From positions 62,001 to 126,000 of the forward strand of contig UYFQ01000852.1 of the NCBI GenBank assembly GCA_900617105.1: DNA of 64,000 bases, in the 5' to 3' direction. Both the position numbers and the translations under genes were made by a program. This stretch comes from Hydrurus foetidus. Lineage: Eukaryota. Below are positions 11,902 through 23,121 of the stretch, piece by piece. The notes below the pieces were generated by a model, which did not search any database, was not told the origin of the DNA, and saw only the letters and a program-made list of their open reading frames with translations. Every line of letters begins with the position of its first letter. Positions within the stretch are counted from its first letter, which is position 1.

Positions 11902-14900
11902 CGAATAAGTCGACGGATGGCGAGCCTGGTCGCCAGGGAACGCCCTTGCTTCCGTCCCTCAGCATCCTCGATCGCCGCGATCATAATCGGTCGGAAATCA
12001 AGGCTGTGCGCCTCTTCATCCGGATTGACCCCGCGGACCGCCTCTTTCCAGGAAATCCAGACTGCCGACGATCACCAGCTGGTCAGGCGCGGCTGAGGGC
12101 CACGTTCATGCGGGCCTTCTCCCGCAGGATCCGACCGCCCCAGCCCCGTGCGTGGATTGTTTCTGACCAGGAAAGGAGGACGAGGTCGGCCTCGTTACCC
12201 TGGAAGGGATATCGTGCCGACAAACGCGCGTCGCTTCGGACCGGCGCGAAGGCGTCCAGGTGCTTGAGGTCTCGAAAGCCCGTACGTCGAACGGCGTTGC
12301 AAATGTTCGACCTGGGCCTTGTGGGGCGAAAGGATAGCCAAGGTCGGCCGCGTCCCGTCGGCCGCACAACGTGGCGGCAACACGGCCATGACGGCGTCGG
12401 CCTCGACGCTGTTTCTCGCCGCCCGACCTCCTCCTCCGCGCTCGGTTCACCGGGTTTGGGCCGGCTCACGTGCGGGAAGTCGACGACGACTCGGCGAAGC
12501 CGTCATCGGCTCCAGATAGCGTAGTGGAAGCGTCCGCCTCGACCTCGGCGATCCGCGACGCCGACGTCGTCAGGCCGCCGTCGTAAAGGCCTTTAAACGA
12601 CCTCGGCGGTGGCCGGATCCATCCGTCGCTGTTCGGTCAGAGTTTCCGCGATCGGGCGATGGCCGACGCGTTGTTTGGCCTGTCGCTCATCCTCGGCGAC
12701 CAGGGTCTCGAACAGTGCGAACAGTCGGTGCGCACGCTCTCCCGTCGCGCGCTGGTCACCCGGGGTCTGCGGCGAGGACCCAGACGCGTCGTCCACTCTC
12801 ATCGAGCATGGGCCAGCAGGACCTTCGCCTCCGCCAGCGCCGTTCGGGTCAGGCGTGGCTCGACAGGATCTCGCATGCGCGAGCGTCGAAAGCCGGGAGC
12901 TGGTTATGGTCCCCGATCAGCAGGCGTCTGCCTGACAGCATGAGCGCACTGCCAGTTCCGCCCGGTTGCCCGCGCGCTTCTCCACGATCACCCAGTCAAA
13001 CTGGGCGCGGGACTCGGACGAGTCGCTCAACGTCGCGCGAGTTCAGGGTCGAGATCACGATATCCGCCGCGTCGAGCAGCAGGCTGGCCAACGCCCCGAG
13101 AGCCACCGCGGTCGCCGACCATGAGGTCGGCCTTGCGTTCGAGGCTGTCCTCGACCGAAACCCGCAGCGCCTCGGGACCGCCTCCCCGAGGCTGGCGGAG
13201 CGGCGACCCCCGCCTGCTCTCAGGGTCCGGAGCAGATCCAGTGCACGGGCCTCCACCTCCCGGGGAAGGCGCGCCTGGCGTTCGGGCGTCGAGGAGCGGG
13301 ATGACGAGGACCTTTGTCTGCGCCGGACATGGCCAACGCCTCTGCACCTTTCTCCTCGAGATGGTTCAGCCGCGTCGTGCCCTGGGCGCAGATCAGCATT
13401 CGGCTGTTGGGCTCGCGATCGAAGCGCCGGTGACGATCTCGTCGCAAGCCGTCTTGCCAACACCGGGCGCCCAGACCAGCAGGGTCGGCGCGACTGAAGG
13501 CGGTGCCAGAGCCGCCTGCTTCTGGCGCGCGTCGAGAACCTTTGAAGCTCTTCAGACCGCGTTCTTCGCTCAGGCCTTCTCCGGTCGACCGCCGACGCGC
13601 CAGGGATTGGTCAGCATATCGGTCAGGTCGGCCGGCTCCGCCAACGCCTTTCAGCACTCCGCAGGCGGCGTGCGATGACCTGCTCGGAACCGGTGTCGTT
13701 TCCAGGTTTGAGGAACAGCGGTCCATCGTAATAATGAGAGGCTCATCGATCTCGAAGCGGTACGCCTGCTCAAGCCGCTCGATCGCAAGCTCCCGACGAA
13801 ATGCGCTGCTGTATCGAAAGTGCGAGACGCCTTCATCGCGGCGGAGCGGCCGAGCCGCCACCGCATTCCGCGTCCCGCCCGTCATCGTCGAACAGGCGCC
13901 GCATCGCCACCTCGCCCTGGGCCATGCCAAGTTTGCGAGCGAGTTGATCCCTGATCGCCTCGGGAGGGCGCGCACTGCCACCACGGGCCGGCTGTTTCCG
14001 CGTCGGCGCTCGAGGATTTCGACCGGCAGGGCTTCAGCGGCCTTGACCACCCCTCGACCAGTTGGGCGACGAACAGCGCATCCTCGACGTCGGCGACGGG
14101 ATCGTCGCGTTCCGGTCGGTCGTCGGCGGCGAACGCGCTCCAGTCCAGCGCATCCGGTCCCAGCCGGAGTTTGAGGGTTTCCGCCTCCGTCGCATTGCGG
14201 GCGATCTGGAATGGACTGGGTGATGTCATGCTGCCGATCGCCACGCGGTTCAAAACGACGATCGCGTGGGAAGACCCGCTCGCAGATGGCGGCATCCCAG
14301 CTGGGGACGCCATTGGACACCGATGCCCTGAGCGTCATCACGAGCTGGCCGGTGACCAGTCGGAGACCGTGTTCGTAGGATCAAACGGGACGGGATCAGA
14401 AGCGCCGCTCCGCCGTCGAAATCGGCGCGCACCCAGTCGAGCTGGTTACGGGTCTCGTCCACAGCGATGGCGCCGTCCGTGGCGTCGAAACCGCTCGGCC
14501 GAGCCCCTGCTTTTCCGGCGAAGGCCAGTACCAAGCTCCCGGCCTGTGACTGAGGCGCGCGTCAGCGTGAGCAATAAGTCCTCGATCGCTTCGCCAATGG
14601 AGCGGGCGTCGAGTTGATCGAACCGCGCCGGTGTCACCAGTCGCCGGAGAAGCTGTCGTTCGGCTGCGACAGGCTCTCGTCGATCGCGGGTCTGCCCTCC
14701 GCCGAGACGAACCTGCCGCCATTCCGAACCGTCAGGCCGAGCAGTTCGAGAATCATCAGCTCAAACAGCGCGCCAATCCTCGGCGAAGGAATAGGTGGGC
14801 GGGCGAAGAACGGCCGCACGCTCGCTGACATCGGCGTGGGCTCCGCCCGGGCCTTCGCTGATCAGATCGAGGACCACTCCAGACCGCCGAGCTGGAAGTC

Positions 14901-15422
14901 CGGCTTGGCGGGGTCGCCCTCTGTCATGACGTTCTCGGCACAGACCGAACCGTGCATCAGCCCCTGGTCGTGGACGAGACCGAGCGCCTCGACCAAACGG
15001 GCGACGTTTCGCCAGAGAAGGCTGCGGGGACGAGGCGCTTCAAGCAGACGGAGCCAGTGGCTCTGCGGCACGCGTTTGTGTTTTCGCTCAGAGGCTGACC
15101 GACCCTCTCCAGAACGAGACCGAAATGGTCGGCATCCTCCACCAGCTCCAGAAGATCGACGATCAGGTTGCCAGCGCCGGGTTGGCCATGAGGCGGGTGA
15201 TCTGACGCATCTCGTGGCGCCAGAGTTCTCGCAGATCCGCGTCTGCGGGTCCGCCGGTCTTGCGCCAGAGCTTCAGGGTCGAACTCACGTCCTGTCGCGA
15301 TCTCCTCGACCTCGAACAGGGTGGCGCGGAATGCCGTGTGATCACCTGGGGCGAGCGCCGCCCAGGAAACGCAAACCGGTCTTCGAGAGGGCAGCGACAG
15401 GTTTGCGTTGCGTCACCGGCAT
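11898..15422 (-). CDS. Kinase-like domain fused to a Upf1/DNA2-type SF1 helicase, Mokosh type I MkoA-like (about 1170 aa)
   Basis: Kinase-like: TLKLWRKTG, ELWRHEMRQI, LVHDQGLMHGSVCAENVMT. Helicase: GAPGVGKT, FDWVIVE, LLIGDHNQLP, LTEQRRMDP, AILSPHKAQV, FQGNEADLVLLS, RMNVALSRA. Confidence 0.8.
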
Positions 15423-15610
15423 TAAACCGTCCCCAATCAAGACTGTTGGGCGAGGCGAAACAGCCCCTGGCCGCGTCTGGAGCCTGAGGATCGCTTGGTT
15501 CGCGCAACGGTATGGGCAGGACGCTCTTCACACGTTCAAACTGCACCGATCTGAAGCCCGCTGAAGGGGTTGCAAGTCAGTAAGATCAAACGTGATCTTG
15601 CGCGAAACAC

Positions 15611-15694
15611 TTTCACCGCTCGGTGAAACGGGCAAATTCAGTGAAACCATTTGACATGGTTCACCATAATGGCCACTTTCACCGGATGGTGAAA
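15611..15694. promoter_or_regulatory. Two palindromic operators TTTCACC-N4-GGTGAAA around a TTGACA promoter
   Basis: Copies at 15611-15628 and 15677-15694; TTGACA at 15651-15656; the second copy overlaps the AbiEi ATG (15686). Confidence 0.75.
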
Positions 15695-16750
15695 CCGTAT
15701 GATCCGGTAGAGCTGGAAGTCGAGGCGGTTGCAGCGGTCGTCAGCCTGTTGAATGACGCCGGCCCTGACCGTGGCGACGTGGTTCGCGAAGCCAACATGC
15801 CTGATCGCGGGTGGACTTCAGGATCGACTTCGACGTTGGGGGCTCAAGCCATACTCTTCTCGCCGAGGTGAAAACCTCGGGTCGCTGCGAACCGCGCGTC
15901 ACGCCATCGACCAGCTGATCAGCTACCAGTCGCGCCAGGCCGCGAAACACGGAAACTGGAACCCGGCCCTGATCTTCGTCGCCCCTATCTGTCGCCACAG
16001 GTGCGGGAGATGTCGGGACTTCGAGGTCAACTACTGCGACCTGTTCGGCAACGCCCGGCTCGTGCTGCCCGGCCTCTACATCAACCGCGAGGTGGCCGAG
16101 ACGCCGGCGGCCGAGAAGCGCGATCTCAAATCCCTGTTCGCCGAAGTCCGCCCGGGTCCTGCGCTACCTGCTCAGGCCCGGCCAGGAGCCCCGACGCCTG
16201 GGCGAAATCGCCGAGGCGACACAGGTCAGCATCGGCCAGGTCCACAAGCTCAAGACCGCCCTGCTGGAGCGGGACTGGATCGAGGAGACCTGACGGCGTC
16301 GTCGTCCGCAATCCGGACCAGCTCCTCGACGCCTGGCGTCTGGACATTGCCCCGGCGGGAACCCGGCGAGGCTACTACACGACGCTCCACGGCGGCCCGC
16401 TCGAGAAGGCGGTTGAAGCGGCCGTCAGGACTGTGGGCCCGCACGCCGCTCCTGGCGGGCCGCTCGGCGGCGAACTGGCATGCGCCGTGGCTCGCGGCCG
16501 GTTCGGTCGAACTATGCCGACCGACCGGCGCCGAGACCCTGGCGAAGGCTCTGGCGCTCGAACCCGCGCCAAAGGGCCCCAATGTCTGGATCACGGTCCT
16601 GAGGACGACGGACCGTTGATGGATGCGGTTGATGTGGGCAGCGGGCTCAGGGCGACCAGTCTGGTCCAGACCTACCTCGACCTCTACCGGGGCGGCGAAC
16701 GGGACCGGGAAGCGGCGGACCATCTTCGTGCCGAGCGACTGCCATGGTGA
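15686..16750 (+). CDS. AbiEi-family antitoxin/transcriptional regulator (type IV TA)
   Basis: VNYCDLFGNARL, HTH LGEIAEATQVSIGQVHKLK, DQLLDAW, C-terminal SLVQTYLDLYRGGERDREAADHL. Confidence 0.8.
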
Positions 16751-17598
16751 AGCCGGTTGTTCCGCGGCCCGGCCGCATCCCTATGGGCCCTGGACCACCG
16801 AGTCCGTCAAACGGGTACTGGTCGAGCTCGGCCAGGTGCTGGGCGACTACAGGGGCAAGTTCGCCATCATAGGCGGCAATGTGCCGTGGCTGCAGATTCC
16901 AACGCCGACACGGTCCATATCGGATCCATCGACATCGACCTGGCGCTGGACGCCGAGGCCCTGGCCGACGGCCAGTACAAGGGTCTCGTGGACACCTTCT
17001 GGCGGCCGACTATCGCCAGCCCGCAGACGGCGAAGTCTTCCAGCTGACCCGCGAGGTTCCCGGTGAAACGGCGAGCCGGCGATCAAGATCGTCGTCGATT
17101 TCCTGATGCCCAAACACGCGAAGATCAAAAGGAACCGTCCGCCGCTGATCCCCGACTTCGCGGTCATCCCGGCCAGCGGCGCGACATGGCGCTGCGGTTC
17201 AACGACCTGATCGCCGTCGAGGCCGAGATGCCTGAAGGCGGACGCAACGAAGTCGAGCTGTCCGTGGCCACCATCCCGGCCTTCCTCGTCATGAAGGGTT
17301 CGCCCTCGTCGGGCGGCTGAAGGACAAGGACGCCTACGATGTCTGGTACAGCATCCGAATATTCCCGACGGGCTGGAAGCCCTGGTCCGGGACTGCCAAC
17401 CCTCGCTGAAGATCGACACGGCGATCGAGGGTTTCGCCGGCATCGCCGGCAAGTTCCGGGACCGCGACTACATCGGGCCCGTCTCCGTTCGGCGTTTCGC
17501 TGCCGAACAGGGCATCCTCGACGGTCGGGACGAGGAGGAATGGCAGACCGACGCTGGCCAGATCGACGCTCTTCCTGAAGGCGATCGCGATCCGATGA
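16744..17598 (+). CDS. Nucleotidyltransferase, AbiEii-like toxin
   Basis: Pol-beta NTase signature FAIIGGNVP...HIGSIDIDLALD; KDKDAYDVWY; overlaps both neighbours. Confidence 0.75.
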
Positions 17599-18228
17599 CC
17601 GTGGCGGACGCGCCCTTTCCTCATATCATCCGGGCGGATCAGCTTTCTGTCGCGCGCCGACGACGCTGGCGCGGCTGTCGCCCGTCCCCGCGCGGTTGCG
17701 GGGCTCTACGGTTGGTATTTCCGCGACGTTCCGCCCGGGATCGATGCCGACGGCTGTCACAATGTCGAGGGTCTGACGCTGCTCTATGTCGGCATCTCGC
17801 CGAAGCAACCGCCGGCCAACGGTCGCGGACCCTCGAGATCGACCTGAGGCAGAGACTGCGGACACACTACGCCGGCAACGCTGAGGGCTCGACCCTGCGT
17901 AAGACTCCTCGGTTGCCTCGCGGAGGAGACCGGCTACCCCTTGCGTCGTGCCGGGTCCGGCTGTCGCCTGACCTTCACCAACCCCGGCGAACAGGCGCTC
18001 GATCGCTGGATGTCGGACAACGCCTTCGTCGCCTGGACGACGGCGACCGAACCCTGGCTGCTGGAGCATCGGCTTCTGCAATCCGGTCTCGTCCTGCCCC
18101 TGAACATCCGCGACAACTCTCGCCGCGACATACCCGGGTGATCAGCCAGGTCCGGCAGAAGGCGGTGGCGGCGGCGCTCGGTTTCCATCGTCGCCGACGG
18201 AGGCGGAAGGCGAAGGGCAGCGTCGTAG
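17595..18228 (+). CDS. GIY-YIG nuclease family protein
   Basis: GLYGWYF...LLYVGISP...LRQRLRTHYAGNAEGSTLRKT...LPLNI. Confidence 0.8.
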
Positions 18229-18382
18229 ACGCCGCCGCGGCCTTGCGCATGATCGAGGTCGTCATCGCTGTCGTTATTTGCGGGTTCGTCTTCTGGATTG
18301 GGTGTTCCGTCAATCAAGGCGGCGTATGAGCGACCGGCGACCGGAACAGGGAAGCGGCTCGCACCCAGCATCGTCCCGACGT

Positions 18383-19137
18383 TCAGTGGAGCTGCAGGAG
18401 CAGGAAGGCGGCGAGAAACCGACCACCGTGATCAGGCCGATGAAGGGCTGGGCGTTCTCGAACGCCTCGGGGATCATCGCCCGGCGAGCATCGCCAGAAC
18501 GGCGCCGGCGGCGAAGGCGAGGATCACCGCCGGGACCTGGTCTGAGGCCGAACTGAGGACCAGCGCGCCAGCGCCGCCGCCGCGGCGGTGATGACCGGTA
18601 TCCCCAGCCAGACCGTGAAGATGTAGCGCTGCGAACGACCCGCCAGCCGCATGCCGGACGCGCTGGAAAGGCCCTGAGGGATGTTGGCGAGAAAGAAGCC
18701 CGCGACCACGCCTGCGGCGAGCTGCCCCGCCGAGCAGCGACAGGCCGATGACCAGGGCCTCGGGAATCCTTGTCCAGCACGGCCCCACCGCGATGGCGAG
18801 GCCGCTCCCCTTCTGGTCCGTTTCGCTGGGCTGGCGACGCAGCCCCGCACCGGTTGTGGTTCTTCGCGCCCCGCTTGGCGAGACGCCAGTTGATGAAACT
18901 GAACACCCCGCCCCCGACAAGAAGGCCGGCGACGGCGGAGAGGGTCCCACGCGTGTAGGCCTCCGTCATCAGCTCGACGGCGACCACGGCGATCAGAACC
19001 CCGCCTCCGAACCCCATCACGCCGGCGATGACGCGGTGGGACAGCCGGTTGTAGAGGGTGACGGCGAGCAGGGCGCCGATCGTCAGGCCGCTGGCCGAGA
19101 ACAGTCCCACAGGCCGGCTGACGAACACAGGCATCAT
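18383..19137 (-). CDS. ZIP-family metal transporter
   Basis: Hydrophobic; MGFGGGVLIAVVAVELM, IPEALVIGLS, FLANIPQGLSS, AFAAGAVLAML, MIPEAF. Confidence 0.85.
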
Positions 19138-19230
19138 ATCTTCCCGGCTACAGGCGAAAGAGCCGGTTGTCGCGGCCTCCTGGTGCGAACGCGCGAGGCG
19201 CTCCAGACGTCTCAGAACGGTTCTCGCCCT

Positions 19231-19738
19231 TTAACACGGACGATGTCTGTCGACCGGGCAGTCGTCGCAGCGTGCGCGGTCGCAGAGGCGGCAGGTCGCC
19301 CAACCTCTGGGCGTCGCCGAACACCGACGACAGGATGGCGTCGGCGGCCCGCTCCAGGGCGACGCGGTCCTCGACGGAGACCTTGCCGAGGAGGTCCGCC
19401 AGGGCGGCCCTGCGAAGTCCGAGGAGCTCGGCGCGCTGGACCTGACCCTGTGCGGTGAGGGTGACGTGAACCACGCGACGATCTGAGGACGACTGCGATT
19501 TCTCGACCAGGCCCTGATCTCCGAGCCTCTCGACGACCCGGACGGCTCCGGCATGAGACAGCCGGAGGATCTGGCGATCTGACCGATCGACATCCCCGGC
19601 TCATGGCCGATGGCGATGAGTGCGGCCGCTGTTTGACCGCCTGCGTTGAAGGCCTCTGCGATCGCCCGTCGAACCCGGTCGGACACCGCCTGCGAGAGGG
19701 CCGAAGGTGTTGATCAGGCGATCAGAGGGGTCGTCCAT
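19231..19738 (-). CDS. MarR-family regulator with a C-terminal Cys cluster
   Basis: AAALIAIGHEPGMSIGQIAR; wing D.RVVHVTLTAQG; tail CRLCDRARCDDCPV. Confidence 0.8.
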
Positions 19739-19752
19739 TGCGCGGACTCCGG

Positions 19753-19771
19753 TATATGCGTCGTGCATATA
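19753..19771. promoter_or_regulatory. MarR-type operator TATATGC-N5-GCATATA (copy 1)
   Basis: TATATGCGTCGTGCATATA, 14 nt upstream of the first MarR ATG. Confidence 0.75.
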
Positions 19772-20026
19772 ATCAGGCGCGGGAGATGTCGAGGGCCTGC
19801 CGTCAAGAGGCCCCAGGTAGGAACCGCGAACTACCCGGCGGACTTGACCGCATGCGGATGATCTCAAGAGCTGCGTCGATAGCTGCCAGGTATCGGTATT
19901 TTCTGCCGGCTGGTGCGCTGGACCCTTTTCCGCGTCTCAAGCTCGATAATAAATCCAAAGTTGTATTTAAATACAAGGTCTTGACGGTTGTTCGCGCAGT
20001 CTGTAGCCGCCACTGTCCGCTTGCCG

Positions 20027-20045
20027 TCTATGCTTGGCGCACATA
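20027..20045. promoter_or_regulatory. MarR-type operator (copy 2, degenerate)
   Basis: TCTATGC-TTGGC-GCACATA just upstream of the second MarR ATG. Confidence 0.6.
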
Positions 20046-20056
20046 TAGACAGCACG

Positions 20057-20575
20057 ATGGATGGACCTCGAGCTCGAAATATATTCGGCGCGTTCGCACT
20101 GATGATCAGCGACGACATCGTTCGTGCCAGTTCATCGCGGGCCTGAAGCCGGACCCGCCGCCTCGGCGCTGGCCTTGCTCGCACAAGCCCGGGCTCGATA
20201 GGCATGCTGGCGGTCGGGGTGGGTCTGTCACACGCCGGGACCGTTCGCCTGGTGGATCGATTGTCGGCAGAGGGTCTGATCGAGCGCCGGGAGCATCTGA
20301 CGGATGGGCGCGCGCGGTCCCTCTATCTGACGGCGACCGAGAAGTCGCCAGCGGCGAGGTGTTCGCCTCGCGATCAGGTCATCGCCGAGGGCTGTCGATC
20401 CTGGAGCCGGGCGAGTTGAGGATCCTGAGCGACATCGCCGAACGCGTTCTGCGCGATCGCCTGGAAAACCTCGGGCACTCGTACCGCATCTGCCGCCTGT
20501 GCTGCTACGCGGGCTGTAATGAACTGCCCGTTGACGCCGAACTGCTCGAGCGAGGGTGGACCGCGAAGCGACTGA
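20057..20575 (+). CDS. MarR-family regulator with a C-terminal Cys cluster
   Basis: GLSHAGTVRLVDRLSAEGLIERR..DGRARSLYLT; tail RICRLCCYAGCNE(C)PV. Confidence 0.85.
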
Positions 20576-20590
20576 CGAGGCGTAGGTTCC

Positions 20591-21594
20591 TCAGGAAGGG
20601 TGACGACGACCTTCGAAGCGGAAACGCCGGCCTTCAACGCCTCCAGAGCGGGTTGGCATTGCAAGGCCATGGCCACGACCTTCGCCGGGGCGCGGACGAA
20701 TGTGCGCGAGGCGAGCGCTTGCGGCAGGAAGTCGCGATAGATCATCGGACCGACGTCGTCGTCCTGAGGCTCGTCCGGAGATATGCGTCGCCTCGATGCC
20801 CGCAGGCCGTGACTCGGGCGTCAGGGTCGCCGCCACCGGCGCGAGCCGTCGCATCTCGCGACGACGGCGAAACAGTCGTCCATACTGCCGGTGGCGTGCA
20901 ACGTCCCGGCCAGACGGCGCCCGCAGCGCCGCGACGACGTCGTCCACCAGGGTCGGGCTCGCGTGGTCGAGAACCTCGCCAGCGCCGAGGGTATTCAACA
21001 GGCCGGCGTTGCGCGCCGAGGCGACGGCGACGCAACTGTAGCCCGACGCCACAGCCAGCTGGATGGCGTTGCAGCCGACGCTCGACGATCCGCCCCAGAC
21101 CAAAACCACCTGGCGCGCGACCGGCGCGATGCGAGGGTGGCGCCAGCGCCAGCTGCGTCCGTCCATAGAGGCCGCCCGCGGCGGTGCCGAGGCCAAGGGG
21201 AAGGACGGCGGCATCCGTGAAGGCCATGTCGTCGGGGATCGGCGCGGCCAAGAGCTCCAGCACGATGGTGTGGTGCTGGAAGGCCCTGCGCGGGTTTCGT
21301 TGACGGTCGTACCGACCGCCTGTCCGGACCCGATCGCCGACCTTGAACCGATCGACGGCGCTGCCGACCGCCGCGACCTCCCCAGCGACATCGCTGCCGA
21401 GGATCGCCGGATATTCGAGCCAGGGCAGCAGGGCGATCTCCTGCAGGATCCAGTCGATCGGGTTGATGGCGATAGCCGCGCTGCGGATCAGATCTCGTTA
21501 GCCGCCGGCTGGGGAGCAGATCGGAGACGCCGATCCGCAGCGGATGGCCCGGTGCGCACTGCCAGGCGGCCTGATTGATCACGGTCCCGCCCAT
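20591..21594 (-). CDS. Zinc-binding alcohol dehydrogenase/enoyl reductase family
   Basis: AINPIDW, AAVLPLGLGTAAGGLY, VLVWGGSSSVGCNAIQLAVASGY. Confidence 0.85.
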
Positions 21595-21684
21595 CGCCCA
21601 ATCCCTCGATCAGCCATGACTAGCGCGCGTTTCTGCGCGAAAAAGACCATAAAGCGGGATGGTCTGGTGACCTGAAGGGAAACA

Positions 21685-22591
21685 ATGATGGACGGTGGCC
21701 ACTACGCCGAGCTGCGGGCCTTCATGGCGATCCACGAGCACGCAGCTTCCGGGACGCGCGTTGCGCCTCGGCGTCACGCCCTCGGCCCTGGTCGGACCCT
21801 GCGTCGCCTCGAGGATCGCCTGGCGTTGCGCCTGTTCAACCGGACGACACGCAGCGTCCACCCGACGGAGGCAGGCCGTCCTTCCCCGCCAGCTCGCACC
21901 GGCCATTGCCGGTCTGGACCAAGCGCTCGGAGATGCGCTCGCGCTTCCGCGACGATCCCGTCGGAACGATCCGCCTGGAATCTTCCGCGAATGGCGGCGG
22001 AACGATCGTAATGCCACGCCTGCCGCTCTTCAACGCCCTGCACCCGGCGTGCGGCTGGGAATGGTCGTCGACGATGGTCTGACCGATGTCGTGGCGGAAG
22101 GCTTCGATGCGGGGATAAGGGCGGCGAGCGGCTGGCGCAGGACATGGTCGCCATACGGCTGACGCCGCCCTACCGGTTCGCGGTGGCGGGTTCTCCGGCC
22201 CTATTTCGCCAGGCATGCACCTCGGTCACGCCGCACGACCTGTCGGGACATCCTTGCCTCAAGTATCGCTGGGCGACGACGGGCAAGCTCGAGCTGGCGC
22301 TTCACCGGGCGAGGCATTGTGACGGTGGGGGTCGAGGGACCGCTGGTCGCCAACGACACCGCATTCCTCCGGGACGCGGCGGTCGCCGGCATGGGACTCA
22401 TCTTCCTGCCCGAGGCGGCTGTAGAGACCCATCTCGCCAGCGGGGCGCTCGTCCGTGTCCTGGACGAATGGTGCAAGCCCTTCCCGGCTTCTATCTCTAC
22501 CATCCCAACCGGCATCAGACTCCCGCCGGCGCTGCGCGCCTTGATTTCGTTCTTCAGGCCGAGAACACACACCCGGCTGGCGGGATGGTGA
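21685..22591 (+). CDS. LysR-family regulator (CrgA-like), divergent from the dehydrogenase
   Basis: [45 protein letters not shown]. Confidence 0.88.
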
Positions 22592-22599
22592 TCCGGGGA

Positions 22600-23121
22600 C
22601 CGGCTGATGGACCTGACAGCCAGAGCCAGGCAGGGCGCAAGAAGTGGCTGCTGTAGCCCCCGATATTGCGCATGAGGTAGTTCTGGTCCTCTGGCCTGCC
22701 TCCCAGAAGGGTTCTTCCGGATTGATCTCGAAACGACCGGGCCGGGCCACCGCCCTGACGCCTCGATTTCGGCGATGGTCGCCAGGGCGACGTCCGCTGC
22801 GCCTCGGTGGTGTAGAAAATGGCCGACCGATAACCCGGACCGATATCGCTGCCCTGCTGCTCGTAGGTCGTCGGGTCGTGGATCTGGAAAAAGAGCTCCA
22901 GAAGCGCGCGGTAGCTGAGCGGAGGTGTCGAAGGTCACTTCCACCGCTTCCGCATGGCGCGCATGGGTCGCACCATCCGCTTCACCGCCGGTGTAGCCGA
23001 CACGCGTGGAAACGACTCCCCGGACCCGGCGCAGCATATCCTCCATGCCCCAGAAGCAGCCGCCTGCGAGAATGGCTCGCTCTGTCGGGGACACCTCTTT
23101 GGCGGTCGCTGACTGGCTCAC
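22600..23121 (-). CDS. msrA: Peptide-methionine (S)-S-oxide reductase (copy 1)
   Basis: [45 protein letters not shown]. Confidence 0.9.

Noticed and set aside
15651..15670. TTGACA...CATAAT as a sigma70 promoter
   Set aside because: The spacer is only 8 nt, so CATAAT cannot be the cognate -10
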